A stretch of DNA of 62,532 nucleotides, counting the filler, from Choristocarpus tenellus KU-1152 (lineage: Eukaryota; Protista; Phaeophyceae): NCBI GenBank assembly GCA_964200185.2. It is 11 parts of 11 records of this genome, joined end to end, with 100 filler letters (N's around TTAATTAATTAA, not from the genome) between each part and the next. Parts side by side here need not be neighbours in the genome. Positions count along the whole stretch, not along the records: positions 8,143 to 22,265 come from CAXNAD020001273.1; positions 22,366 to 28,744 come from CAXNAD020008265.1; 9 more parts are not named here. The stretch is one strand, 5' to 3'. Shown here piece after piece: positions 12,034 through 26,200 of the stretch (its first letter is position 1; each line of letters opens with the position of its first letter). A program made the position numbers and the translations under genes. The notes beneath the pieces were generated by a model. The model searched no databases. It was given only the letters and a program-made list of their open reading frames with translations, and was not told where the DNA came from.

Positions 12034-13542
12034 TAGTATGTATACTATGATGCAAAGCCACTACTACTGTGACCATCTCTGTACACTACTCAAGACCCCA
12101 TGGTCCCTCAACCTCCACTCAGGGTGTACCAATCAACTTAGAAATTTTGTGTGTACCGGTCCTGCCTTTATATTTTGTATGCCTGGAATATAAACAAAAA
12201 ATGCAAGATGTCTAAAGTCTTAACCCTCAATTTCCTCCTAGGAAAAGATACTCACACTTGCTTGAGTCATACTAGTGAATGATCTTGAGTATTATCATGT
12301 TGTTAATATGATGTCTGTTCCAAAGCATCACCTTCATTGTTCATACTGTGCATGCATGTAAGTACTCACTGACATACCATTGACGACATACACTTTGTGG
12401 CAAGGTAATGATGTTTCCTGCCTTGGCGAACTTACACAATCACCTCCATTAAAGAACTCCATGGACTACGACCTGCCTTGAGGTATCTGTCTCTCGTCTA
12501 CTATAGCAATGCACTGACAGGTGTAACACGAAAAATCAAGTGCTCTCTTCTTTATCCAGAGAACAAAATGTAATGTTTTTGAATATTGCAAACTAAATCT
12601 CAATTCTCCGTTACGGCACCCACCAGGCAGGTGGAAGAGTCCAACTGTCTAAGCTCTCAACTCTGATCATTGCTTCTTAAGAGTGCGGTGGCACAGTGCT
12701 GGAGATATCAAAATGCTGCAAGAAATGTGCATTATACTCTTCACCAATTTATGTATTCCTTCCCCACAGCAGTCAATAGAGTAAAAGTCAATGCAGGATG
12801 CAAGATTACAATATTCAGTAAGACCATATTTATGTTGTGTACTAATGCCAAATCAGGCCAAAGTTGAAGCTAGAATACTATCTGCTTGCATGTTCTCTTG
12901 ATAGCCTTTTCATTTAAAAGAGGCAAAGCCAAAGGGATCTCTTCTTAGGTAGGATGGGCAGATAGATTGGAAGAGAACTGACTGGGAGGCTAGCGAGTAC
13001 AATCCAATAGCCAGATTTTTCTTGTTACTAACCTTTCCACCCACTAACCCATACATCCCCCTCTGATCCTATGCCCCAATCCACCCCTGACCTGCTGCAG
13101 ATGACGGTGGTGGGGTTTACATCAGCTTAGAGAAAACATATCAAGTCTTTCCTCTAAACTTCACGAAAGACTGTCCTCGTGAACCTTCTCCATCTGTTGC
13201 TGTGCCATACCTGTTCTGTACAATGGAGCAGTATTGTGCGACAGCTTAACCTGCCCTCTACCTCCCCCCCCCTCAAGAGTTCCCCCACTGTGCTAGCTGC
13301 TTTAGATCGCCCACAGGAAAAAGAAGGCAAGTAATTCAAAACCCTACTAGCAGGGCATCTGCATGACATTGTACAACCACACGAAGTGCATGAACAGGAG
13401 CACAGATCAAAGACAAGAAGAGAAACAAAACTCGAAACTCAAACACTTCCTGTATCAATCTTTTTTTCCCCATCTCTATTTCCTATTTAGGGTGTTGAGG
13501 TAGGAAAGAAGAGCTAGAATTCGTGTTTCCACTTAAGCTCCA

Positions 13543-16276
13543 TTAGCGGGAGTACACTCCATTTGCGATCTGCTCAAGTGCCCCCTGGCCACCAGTGAGC
13601 ATGTTGTGCGTGATAAGCCCCATAATAGCAAACATTGCCAGGCGCCCGTTGTTGAGCTCCTTTGTCTGGAACAATCGAACGAATGAGAAAAATGTGTCAC
13701 AACCATTGAAGGAAGTAGACAAAATTAAGTTGTTGCACTTCAATGCATAATGTTGAGATGAAGGGTTACAAAATGTGGGTGATCCAAATCCTCTCTGGGA
13801 TCAGAGAGGACGTACCTACAGGATTAAAATAAGTACGAGATGCAGTAATAGACACAATAGAACAAAACCGAGCCTAACAATCTAATCTGTATAAACACAA
13901 TTCAAAGGAAAGGCTTTGCACCTGGAAAGAAACCCAGTTGGGGTCTGCCTCCCCATCGACTAGGTCAGTGGTGCCCAGGTAGTCTCCTGGGATGTAGCCA
14001 GGGCTGGACTTGATCTTGCTGATGACGAACTCCATCAGGCCAATGAAGGCAATGATCTGCGTACGGGGATTTCACAGTATGGTATTTCCTAAATTCATCG
14101 AAGCGAAGGGATTATATCAGGGAAGAATATAAATAAAGCAGAAGTAACTTTTAGTTCTGTTCTCGTCAAAGCTCTGACACATATTGACACTCTGGAGTAT
14201 CACCCTCCAACTAAAGAAAATCCACACTTGACACTCCAATGACACTTAAGAAATCAATTTGATCCGTCATATTATCTTAGATAAATCCGTAAGTCAAAAC
14301 AAACGCCATAGCAAACATACCTGAGCCCAACCTTCAGCCGGTAGCTCAAATGCTGCCTTGAGGGGGTTTGAGGAAAGGCCACCATTGTAGAGGGGGTGGT
14401 ACGACTCCTGCAGGGACAAAAGATAAAATTAACGGAGAAAAGGGTTGTCAAGTTAATATTTAATGTATCTACAAATGTTTGGAGAAGAGTTAAGTAGGAG
14501 AGGGAAAGATAGACAAGTACATGAGAAATACCACTGATGTCAATAACCAATGGATTTGATAATCTCTCATCAAAATCTCTCACTCAATATGATGCGGAAG
14601 AAAGATTCAAGCAAATATACCATCCTCTGTTATCACTTGCACAAAAACCCGGAAATGAATTGGATAGGCACATTGACATAGACCTTAAGCTCGAAAAAGA
14701 TTACCCAAAATTGGCTATAATCCTTGTCTCCATTCAATAGAAACAGGGTTACGTTGTTTTGGGAATAAGATTTTTCGATACAAGAACGATGCACTAGGTT
14801 ATTTTGTGGAAGCTTTCGGTGGAAGACATTACTTCACATTGCTTGTTTCCCAGTGATGTACACAAACGCGACCAAGTCTGTGTCACCATGCTTCTGGCTT
14901 GACAGTACATTTATCGCTCGCGCGCCATTTTATGGCTTCGATTTAAAAGATACCAGACTTTACTAACCACGTTGTACTAGATGTAGGGAACATTTTATCA
15001 AGTGAACTATATTGGAACCTAGGATTTACCAAGTGCGTGGAAATTAGCAGTTCGACAACCTAACCTTTCAGTAACTCCTATCCTACTATCACGACAACGG
15101 GTTGAGAAGAGAGATATTGCGCATAGTGGGACCGTTTGAGAGAAAACTCTGGTCCATGCTAGCAACAAACTCTATGTAGCTGTACCAGGTTCATTGCGCG
15201 AATGTGATTTGGGTGCAGCAGAACCAATATTTCTCTTTATCCTTCAGACATATTACGATCAACCCACCCATACCTGAGTAAGCCAACCGGTGACTGCTAG
15301 CATTGCGATGCGCCCGTGCTTGAGTTCGGCTTCGCGGTAGTTGTTCAGTCGCTCCACAGGCCCCTTTGAGAATCCCATGGGGTCAAAGAAACCCAAAGGA
15401 GCAGATGCCCCCACCATGTCTTCCGCGCTCATGGACAGTCGCGATGACATTGACGATTGGACCGCCCATGGGGCTGTCAACCGAGTGTTGGTGAAAGATT
15501 GGACTCCCCATGGGGCCACCATACGACCGGTGGGAGCAAAAGCAGTGGCGCTATTGGAACGAAGCGTTGAAAATCAAATAGCGTGAACAAGAGGCATTGA
15601 GGGCCAAGTTAGTGACATAAATCAATAATGAGTTTCCGGGTACGCAGGTCCTCGTAGTATGCCTTGAAGGACACTAGAAAGTCGAGGGATGATGGAGACA
15701 AGAATTGGGGGTAATTACTAGAAAACATTGCTATTCTATTCTCAAATGCCCATTCCTCCATCCACACCAGAGATGCCAGGGATTACAAGAATAGGAGTCA
15801 CATTAACCGATTGTTGACCAAAGAAGTGACTCGACCACAAAACTAAAGGCGATGAAAGGATAAAAGCTACATCCATCTCTCATGCGCGGCCGATAGAATA
15901 GGAAAGAACCATGTTCGTCCCAACATCCACTCCCATCCAGTACAGTCGAACCGATTGGCATACTGAACGCTTTCGCCTCCAACATCAAGTATCCTTCCGT
16001 CGACCACCCAGAAGTATTTTCCCTCAGCAAGTGCAAGCTTCAAACCCATCCATACTATTCCTTTCAAAACAAAGCCCCTCCTCCTTTCCATGACATTCCA
16101 ATCGCCATTGCCACATTTCTCTGGAAGGACGCACATTTAGCTCCCAAAATTTCCTACATGATGAGTCATAGGGTGGAAATGAACGTTCATGATCCATTTC
16201 AACCCCCAAAATGGATGCAACTTCACCGCAATTCTCACCTAGCCAGCATGGCAGACAAAGCGAAGATCGACTTCAT
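13543..16276 (-). CDS. Light-harvesting complex protein (fucoxanthin-chlorophyll a/c binding; LHCX/LI818-like), complete, about 219 aa, 5 exons
   Basis: Exons 16276-16239, 15550-15274, 14407-14321, 14056-13922 and 13665-13543: MKSIFALSAMLASATAFAP...GASAPLGFFDPMGFS...YREAELKHGRIAMLAVTGWLTQ-ESYHPLYNGGLSSNPLKAAFELPAEGWAQ-IIAFIGLMEF...PGYIPGDYLG...FQ-TKELNNGRLAMFAIMGLITHNMLTGGQGALEQIANGVYSR*. Canonical helix 1 and helix 3 LHC motifs and an ATA-FAP presequence. Confidence 0.96.
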
Positions 16277-19200
16277 GGTTAATGTGTTTTGTAATCGACT
16301 GGTTACCAAGGTTTGAGCGAGTAACTGATATGCTGCTGTCTCAAACACAACTACAAAAAGGTCCACAACCAAGGAATTTAATAGGCATTAAAGTATAGGG
16401 CTATATGCCTTGAAGCCAAGATCTGTTGATTTTTTTGTTACCTGTCCTCTCGTGCACCCAAGCATTTAATTATAGCGCGCGCAGTAGGTTGTAGAAATTC
16501 ATTTGAACATTTTTCTATATTTATTTTCACAAGAACATAACCCACCACATCTTATTATACTTCCCCATGCAATACAAAAACTCTGGAGGTTTTATGTTTA
16601 TACACCTACTTGTCGGAGGTAACACACTGCTTTGTCGCATCAAAAACTTTCTTCGTGACATCGATCACAAAGTGTGTTCAACGTCGAATTTTTGGTAGGT
16701 CTAGTACATATGGCTCATCAACGCACAGATAAAAATATGCATACATCTCTTGTTCAATAAGGCTATATTGTCGAAGTTTTACACCCCCCAGTCGTATGGT
16801 CCAGAGTATATCCTTGTTTATTTGCCGCGACTGGTTGTGGTCTATTAGTGAGGTTGATTTGTCGTCAGATGCAGTGCACATGTCTGCTAAGCTCTCTAGG
16901 GAAGAGATAGTCTATGCTTTCTCTAAGGTATTGGCAAACTGTCGCAATGGCTGGTCTCCTCACCAGCAACAAGCATCGGATACGAATTTGGTTTATGTGC
17001 CAAATCACACTGCATTCATTGTCTTTCCCTTCCTAGGACCTACGATTGAGCGGAGTACAAGTTTGAGTCTTTTGTATTCAAAATGTACACTAGTAGATAG
17101 TAGCAAGTGATGAATACTTGGAAATAAGTGGTGCTGAGTATTTGTGTATGAAGCTGTATTTCAACAATAATAGTCTTAACAGCAGTGGTGATGAACTTGG
17201 GGATGCACTACATGCAAACGAATGTATATAACTGAGGTCCTATTTCTGCGTGACACGGAACATTTTCTCACCTTGCACAGCGATATGCTACCTACTATTC
17301 AGAACGTACCCGTAGTGCTTATACTAGATATCAGCCTTGTCTCATGGCAGGGCAGCGCTTGGTATTCATTCTGTACTCCGTGTGCTGGGAGCTGACAACG
17401 AACCAATTGACCAACATCCAACTTAAGCTTACACACATGGGAAGGATGGTGGGAGAAGAACATCTCTTTACTGCATGTTTCCCCAACAATGCATGGTGAT
17501 GGCACAAGAGAAGGAAACAGGGGGGCTCAAGATCTTTGACATTCATGTATACAACAGATCCTTTTCTTGTAGATTATCAATAACAATAATTCGAGATGGA
17601 TATACTTCTCAGAGTCCTCCACTCGCTTAGGTGAAACAGCAACATAGAGTTCCAACTTTCTTACCTTTCCAATAAATTCTAAGGCTACCTCCCTTATTCT
17701 ACTCTACGCAAAATAACGTCCAAGCAAATACGGAGAAACAAGGTCGCATTGGTGGCACTACCGTTTGCTGGGACTACTGTGCTCAATGCGAACTTCGTGT
17801 GCGATCAGTGCCGCCTCTTGGTGAATCTGATTAGAGTGAGTGTGGTTATCATTGATCGCTTGTTCACTATGATAATTTTATGTTCTCCTGGCTGTGCCTG
17901 CCTCTCCCTATTTGATCCTTGTTCAATGTGAGGGCAACAATTTATGTACCCTGCATGTCAACTGTAAAAAACAGAGTAAGCACCTCTCGAATACCTCCTG
18001 CGATTCAAATCCTCGGCGTCAATTGGCATCGAAAAGGTCGAAAATGTCGTATGTCACTTTTTTGTGCTACTACCTGTCCTTTGTATTATATTATCAATAC
18101 CTTCTTAATGACCAGAAGCAGTACAAAGATAGGGCACATCCCACATTACATGGTGAATATGGACGTGAAACTAAAGGGAGCAAGCAATCAATCATACAAC
18201 ATTGACGGCGTTCTATTCCAGGTGTGCGTATTGATGTCAGAGTAGGACATGCTGTCTGGTTGCCAGTACTTCAAACCATTTCGAAGTATGTTAAACCCTT
18301 TTTTCCTTGCTCATAGTTGTCGAGCTCTGCCTTTGCTTCTCACAGTGATCGCAAAATAATCTGGAGCACCGTGTAGTATTTCACTGGAGTGTCTGTTCTA
18401 TTCCAGGGAGGGAATACTGGTTGTTTCGGGGGAGAGAATGGACCAATGAGGGCAAAGTCCACATTTTGCAGGGTAGGTGTCAGCCGTATAGACTTGAAAA
18501 AAGAAAACTGGTGTTCGTCCATATATTCTAGAACACATTTACAAGGAGAACTGATTCCATGTTCCGATATCCACCCAGTGGAAAATCCTTGACGAGTGGA
18601 GCTGTATCGTGTATTATCGTAATTGTTGGTCGTATTCACACAACAAGGCAACGAATATCCTCTCAGTGGAAAACCTTCTATCATGTATGTATATATATAG
18701 TATCACTTCAAGTAAGCACTACTCAGCACTGTTGTGGAGTATAATAATATCGCTAAGCATTATTACTGTCTACACAATACACGATGACTTGATATGGTAG
18801 CATAGCACAGTCAAATGTTTTGATTGTTCATAGAAGCCCCAACTCCACATTCTCATTCCTTACTGGGGTTTTATCACAATGATGGTGTTGTGTGCAAAAC
18901 AATGCCCAGAGAGTTGGGGCCCGGATTGTGAGAGAGCGCTTTGCCTTTTTGTCCCTCATTTGTACGTAAGAGATCATAACTTGATTCCATCAAATAAATA
19001 TAGTAGTGGTGTCAAGATCGGGGGTTGGGAAATGCAGTGGGTTGAGTACACCCTTAATGGTTCAACATCAAATACAGGATATGTAATATTTTTTAATGTT
19101 GGGGTAGGTAGTGCCTTTTGTAGGTGAGGGTGAAACCAACAGGTCCATCTTGGTGTGAATGGCTTCTGCATGCATCAGTCTTATCAGTAGTGCTTCTAGG

Positions 19201-22200
19201 TATGTCATCAGCATCGGCATGCAGAATATATTGCATCATCAGTCTCACATTTTCCAATTTCGTTGACACAATTATTCATTATTTGATACCATCATTTGGA
19301 AATTTATTTCCCATGCCCCTGCAATAAAAAGACAAAAAAATATCCATCATATTCCTTTCCAACAATTTCCTTCTGCAAGGGAATACAAAAACAACACGCA
19401 CACGAAAAAGATGCGTACGCTAAACAAAGAGTAGTAGACTCTCGTCACAGCACTGCAGCCAACTGAGACCTTGCTTCATCTACTTCAAAACTCTCCCAAA
19501 TAGTGCACAGCAGATGCCCCTGCCCTCATCCGCTGGTTTCACAAACACATAGTAGGCGTTCGACGAGTCCCATGTTCATATAGAGCAGCAGCAGCACGCA
19601 CTATTTCAGAGTCATTGCCTTGGGAACCCTGTAATGTATCAAGCTATATTGTTCTTAGTATAAACAAAATGAACGGAACACCGCATGGCACGAAACGTAA
19701 CCTGTATATAGAACAACAAAAAGAGCCGGTGTGTTACAAACATCGAATAGAAAAGAGCCAGTATGTTACATCCGGTCAAAGAGATACAAACACGTCCTGC
19801 ACTGCAATATGTAACACTCCCTCCACCCTCAACCTCAACCTCAACTCTTTTTTTTTCTCTCTAGTACTTTCAACACCCCGCCATTGCACTGTACTTCCAT
19901 ATTTCAAACTGCGGTATACCCTATACAGTCAATGATAACGTCATCATCAAATCCTCAAAAGTGTTTGGGTGCCTCAAGGGTTCACCTAACGAAAAGTCCT
20001 TCACGTGCTGGACAAAAACGCGCAGTGAATTCGGACTCCAGGGGGATGCTGCTCTGTGGGAATGCACCATGTATCGTTTTGATCCAAGCATCAAACAAGC
20101 CTACCAAAGTGCAGTCCGCATCCAATAAACACAGTCGTAGTAAGCTCCACCTACCTACCAAGTCCTAAGAGGTGTTCTTGTCTTTCACAGAATAACTTCT
20201 CAACTGACCCATGCAACAAACAGACTTACCGGTGGCATAGCCTGAGTGCACCAGTAACCGAATAGAGTCTCTTATGAAAGGGTCGATAATGTATGCGATA
20301 CAACAGAAGAAGAGGGGAACGGACAATACACCCTAAAGACGGACCACCATCGCCCCACTGCATGAACGAACGCCTTTCGCATCAATCCTTCAACACTGCA
20401 AACGGAAACACTGGGACCAGTTCGGTCAGCAAGATGGTGTATGTGTAGCCATGACGATGGAAACAATTCATGAGGGTGTAGTGTACTATTGATACAACCA
20501 TCAACAGCACTTCATCTCATGCACCAGGAAAATATTTTCCGACCGACCGGTGCTTTGTTCACCACTGCAGCTGACAAGCGATCTAGCGACATGTATCACG
20601 AGGGGGTTCTCTCGATTCTTGTTCTTCACTGATGGTGAGACCCTTGGTGCCGCGGCTGCTTCTCTATCGTGGACTCCAGCATCACCTGAACCAGATCAGT
20701 GACATAATGAAGCGTTTGGGTTGAAGAGTAGAGGATCACCAAACACAGCATGGCAAAACACATAGGTGAGTGATACTCTACAGGATACACGCAATGGCAG
20801 TTCTTAGAGGGCGTTTTATTATCCATTGATGTATGTTTTCACTACTATGGACCCACACAATATGTAACGACAAGCTCGAGATAAAAAAAAAAATCGGAAA
20901 GGGGGGGTACATCCGGCACAAGAGAAACGCCTTCCTTGCCCAGAGAATGAGCAATCAACCACCAGGGCTCTGTAACGGGACTATTTTCTTCACGGCCATG
21001 TCGGTACCCCTTGTCTCCACTACCCAGCGCCATCATCTACTGAGCCTACACACCTCACACAAAAAAACTCGACCGCTCGTCCCCACTCCTCTTCTTAGTC
21101 TATTTGTAGTTAGTGCAACCACCATGACAACGCAAGCATGGACAGCGAACAAGAAATGCGGACACGATACACAGGAACAGAACATGCACACCTGTAGTGG
21201 AAGGCTAGACAAGGGGGGAACAGCAGAGAGTCCAAACCATCACCTAACCCCGATAAGACACAATACTATGGCAATGATGTCATGTCAGTGCTTGAAACGA
21301 CCCTTGAGGTGACCCACCCAGGCAGGCGATCGGCCCCAACGAATTTCAATCACGCTTCGAGAAAATTGAAGGTACACCCTGCAGTGTCCAAATAAAATGC
21401 AACGCTTGTTCAACGCCATCTACGATTTTTTGGTTGTTGTTGTTGTTGTTGTTGTTGTTGTCAGAAGCAGTCCGTTGTACCCTCGAAGAAAATTCGGAGA
21501 CATTACCCAAAGCACCTTAGACAAACACAACTTTTACAGTCACGCCTTCCAAGTGGGAAACTGCAAGCCCCGCACACAACGCCGCAAAGGTATATCTATC
21601 TATACACTTCAACACCTCTCTATTGTCCTATTCAAAAAAAAAAAAATGTAGAAAATTACAGCACTGGGACAATATTAGTAGTTTAGACTGGGTTAATATT
21701 AGCAGTAACCTCTCATTACAAGGGTATAGACTGGGGGGGTTTTACTACTGCTACCTGCTACATACCAACAACATGAAAACATTGACAATGACAGAACAGC
21801 TCAAATCTCATGTTTTCAAAATTTAAATCACCAAGCTTCTATTCACATAACTTCAAAATCTGACCCCCCCCCCCCAATACCCCATCTACCTACCATTTTC
21901 ATGATGGACAGAGAGCAGACAGCCTTCACCACCAGTGGCACCCACAGCCTCTGCCTCACAGGGGTGGCACAGAGCAGAACCCACGCTATCACACTTACCA
22001 TCGGGAGCAGGAACAATGCTGCCAGGAGCAAAACAAACTGTAGAAAAATAAACAAATATATATATAAGGAAAAGAAAGTAAGCTCTAAACTTGGTCTTGA
22101 CTACTCCGTGTGAGGAGACATTTGAGATACAACTTCATGTCCAATTTAGTAGTTTTATGGAAAGAGTGTAAGTGAGGGGAGGGCATGGACAAGGCCATGG

Positions 22201-22983
22201 TCTAAATACGTAAACACTTTTATTTGTATACGAAGGTGGTCAGGGGGGTGCGGGATGAGGGGGGGNNNNNNNNNNNNNNNNNNNNNNNNNNNNNNNNNNN
22301 NNNNNNNNNTTAATTAATTAANNNNNNNNNNNNNNNNNNNNNNNNNNNNNNNNNNNNNNNNNNNNCTGGGAGAAAGTGTCGCTCTGCTTTTTTTTTTTTT
22401 TCTACACTTTCTCCCAGTCAATTTTGAGTCAAGCCCATCCTCAATGAAAAGCTCCATCCTCAATTAATTTTTGAAATCGGCTGTTCACGGAGCAAGACGG
22501 ACCAGACGAACAAGGACGAACCGTAACCGAGGGTACGAGATTAAGGTTGGAAATTGAGGAGTGATGAGCATCATCTAATATGAGGCTTCATCATCAGTCA
22601 AGACCTGAGAACAAAGTGGATCTTCCATGTGTGACAACTCTGAATGACGAGCTGTCCCAAGTCTATAGGATTGGTCACATGAAGAGATTCCATGGTTCAT
22701 TCTGAAAGAAAGTTTGTCAGTGAAATCATGGAGGCTTGACAGAAGGAACCTCAATCGGTGCAATGGCATAATGGTATATGGCATACGGCAATAACGGTAT
22801 AACAACAGAAAATATATATATAGTATTCTTATTTTAGGACATTTTATATACACATGTATATAGTTTTCATTGGTTTCCCCCTGACACATCTGCAAAATGT
22901 CAGAGGGCATAATAATATAAAACATGCTTTCCACTCATTGTTATATACAATATATTTTATTTTTATTTTATATAAATAAAATT

Positions 22984-23249
22984 ATATACAATTGCATAAC
23001 AAGATGAAACTCCCTGTTCTTGGACAGTTCTGAAGATTTGGATAATTGAATACCTCTCAACAAGTTTCTCGATAGAAAACGTAGCCATAGTTCAAGTAGT
23101 ATATATATCATATTGATCTAATATTTTGTACTAACAATATTATATACAATTGCTTACGAAGATGCAACTCCCCATTCTTGGACAGTTCGGAAGACTTCCA
23201 CAATTGAAACCTCTCAGCAAGTTTCTCGAAAGATAACAGATAATTATAG
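22984..23249. repeat. Diverged direct duplication of about 105 bp (period about 158 bp)
   Basis: ATATACAATTGC.T...AAGATG.AACTCCC..TTCTTGGACAGTTC.GAAGA...AATTGAA.CCTCTCA.CAAGTTTCTCGA occurs at 22984 and 23142. Confidence 0.75.
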
Positions 23250-26200
23250 TGTAGAGACCATTCCCTCGTTGTTGATATGTTCTCCTTAGTAGTGCGGAAT
23301 TTCTTACAGATAATTGATAAGGTCTCATCATATGGATCTAGGATGAAATGCCACAACCACGCACCCAAAGCGGGAGAATGAATAACAGAATGTTTGATGG
23401 TAGATGGAGCATAGAGCCACAAACCAAAGACGAAAGATGAAATAGCAAACAATTTTTGGAGACAAGCCTGATGAAGATCCAACGTATCTGCCACTCCTAC
23501 TGAATTTGTTTGTGTGATTTTGTTTCCTGTAGACTGACTGGTTCTCCCCTGTGCTGGGGTCCTAAGAAGGTAATGTGTTGCTTTAGATTAGAGGTCACAT
23601 CACAGGTTCTTACTTCGTAACTTGCAACATATTGCTTTGTCTCCCTCTCATAGAATTAGACCCATCCAACAAACCACTTCTATCTAACCTTGACGGAGTC
23701 CGATAATGCCACAACGTCGAATGTGGTGGTACGCTGTTTCAAGTTCGGTTCAGGTATGGTCAACTCACATGGACTCGTTCGTTACATCTAGACACTCGAA
23801 AAGTTACAGATGGTTGGGATGATGAGGCATCGCACGGAATTTTCATCTATTAAGTTTCCGAGAAAGGGAGATCTTCGAGGCTAACGGCCTTACAACGAGA
23901 TTTTCACACTTCGATGTTCTATCTCCTTGCCTTACCGTACATTACCCCTTATCTCGTACTCTTACAATCAGTGACAAGGTGACCTTCCTTCCAAGGTGCA
24001 GATCAGTACAGTGAAGAAATATATCGCCTTCCAAGTGGAGACTGAAGCTCTACATCCGACTAGGCAATGTGAATGTGTGTGACAGACTCTACCAGATCCA
24101 AACATCTTTGACCTTATCTTTTTCGTCTCACTTGACCCGAGTGTCTGGTTTTATCCTGCCAGGTACCTTTCTGCGCTTGGTCAGAAACCAAACCTCTCTC
24201 TGCCTACTCTACTTGACTGTTCATTTGTTGCAGATTCCATTTGCCTAAGGAGTATGTGCACATGTGTAAACAGATGAGGATACCCACACTGTTGCCTCCA
24301 CAAGACCTCGACAAAGAATGTACATCCAAAGTATTGTGAGAAAGTTTGCAAGTGTAAGACCCTGTCCACATCAAAACCTTGTCCCTAGCTGAAAAATTCC
24401 GTCCATGACCTCGAATATGATCTGATTTGGAACACCATCATCCTCATGCCCTTTGGAAACAGATCAGCATCGTTGAGTCACTGGAGAACTTGGAAACGAC
24501 ACAGTAACCAGCCTGGCTTAGAGAACTTAGCACTAGAGGCTTGCTGTGTTGTGCTCACCTGCGTACATGTTCTGGCCAACATATTTCTAATAGGCGAAAC
24601 AGGCGAGAGGTGCGAGGGCATTCACGGATTGGGATTCTGGAGCTATGTAGCCCCCCTTCTCCAGTAGGAAGCTTGCAGTTGAAATACTTTATGTAATTTG
24701 GTGATCTATTTTCTCTCGAAGTAGTGTCCCGAATCCCTTTTTTGGTGCATTTCTTGGTCATCATCTATATGTAACACAAGTAGAACCCCTTCAAGCAAGA
24801 TTATGTGTACTAGTCTCTAATGTGTACCACGACCTGTAGTCCGGGCACAGTGCATGATCACCTGTGCACGGCACTGTGTTCTGTTCTTGTAGCATTTCAG
24901 GGCGCTACAATTCAAAGGCCCTATCTGCTATCTGCAACACTACTACCTTTCCATCAACCACAGCACTCTGCTAACACTGGCTGCATCACCCACAGTCTTG
25001 GATGTATACACTTGTAGGTAGTGTTTTTGATTGTGGGGATCCCTTCGTGCTCTGCTCCCAGTCCCATTAGCATTTACTACTCGTTCTCCAATGTGTTCAT
25101 CTGGTATTCCTTGTGGAAGGATGGATTGCAAAGCGACCTATCCCTTGGATACAAGTTGATTCTCCCTGAGTTTTTGAGCACACGAGTACCCATGATGTAC
25201 TTCCAGATGAACTTTTGACTTAGGGTTAGCTGTCATTGCACCGATCAAGCACCCTCACCTAGCAGACTCCAAGGGCAGGCTGGTGTAGGGTGATCTTTAC
25301 ATTGATTTCCTGCCTCGCTCTCTCGGGTATCAATCTCTGTCCAGTCAGGGTCCTTCTTGGGAACAACCACTCAAGTAGACACTGTTTTCTCACTTTTTTT
25401 TGTGACATGTCTTTGCAATAATTTTTCACCCTTCTTCAAGACCATAGAATCTACTGTGGCTTGTTCTCTCCCAGCCTGGGGTGGAGTGAAGGAGAAGTTG
25501 CTGTCATGGTTAGGTTAAATTGTTTTAATTTCTCCATGCATTTCACACATGAAAGTTGGGAGCGAAAAAGGCCAAATCATTCGACTCGCCATTCTAGTCT
25601 AACGACCAAGAGCACCGTACAACTTACATACTGAGGGTATGGTGCCCCATGTGACCATCTAAGCATATTATGTGTTGCGCATCCCACCTCTATTGAGTAT
25701 GGACAAGGTAGATGATGCAGTATTTGACCTCTCATGTTCATGACCTTAGCAAACAATGAGCGCACATGACACTTCAACAATTTTATGGTGACCACTGCAG
25801 TTGATGAAGCAGCAGAGGTAGTGTCACTCGGACAAGTTGGAACACACTGCAACATACCTTGACATGGAGTACAATGGACAAGGAACAGCTGCAGTGTGGG
25901 TCTGTTGTTGAGATGAGGCTTCTCCTTCACCATCTTTTAACAGTACTTTAAGAGGTCAACAAAAGACCTGCTGCAGGGGAAGGTTTTATTAAGATATGCA
26001 GCAGATTTGCATTGTTGCTTTTTGCATTATTTACGTCTCTATTCTAAGTTGATCACTCTGCAAGGCAAGTTCTTATGTTCACCTTGCCTCCAACCTCTTG
26101 ATAAGATGACCCTCAACACTCTGATCTATGCATCTCTAACTGAGTGTATGGAAACACGCAGTTGAATATGTTGTCTCTTAGACATGTTTTGGGATTATTG

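Noticed and set aside
20230-22050. Exon-like minus-strand segments (for example FVLLLAALFLLPMV..., YHSPMCFAML...)
   Set aside because: In-frame stops and no recognisable family; could be a pseudogene but cannot be supported.
24100-24760. Possible second RTE LINE remnant on the minus strand
   Set aside because: Only faint FDV.QG / NDAD-like traces; too degraded to support.
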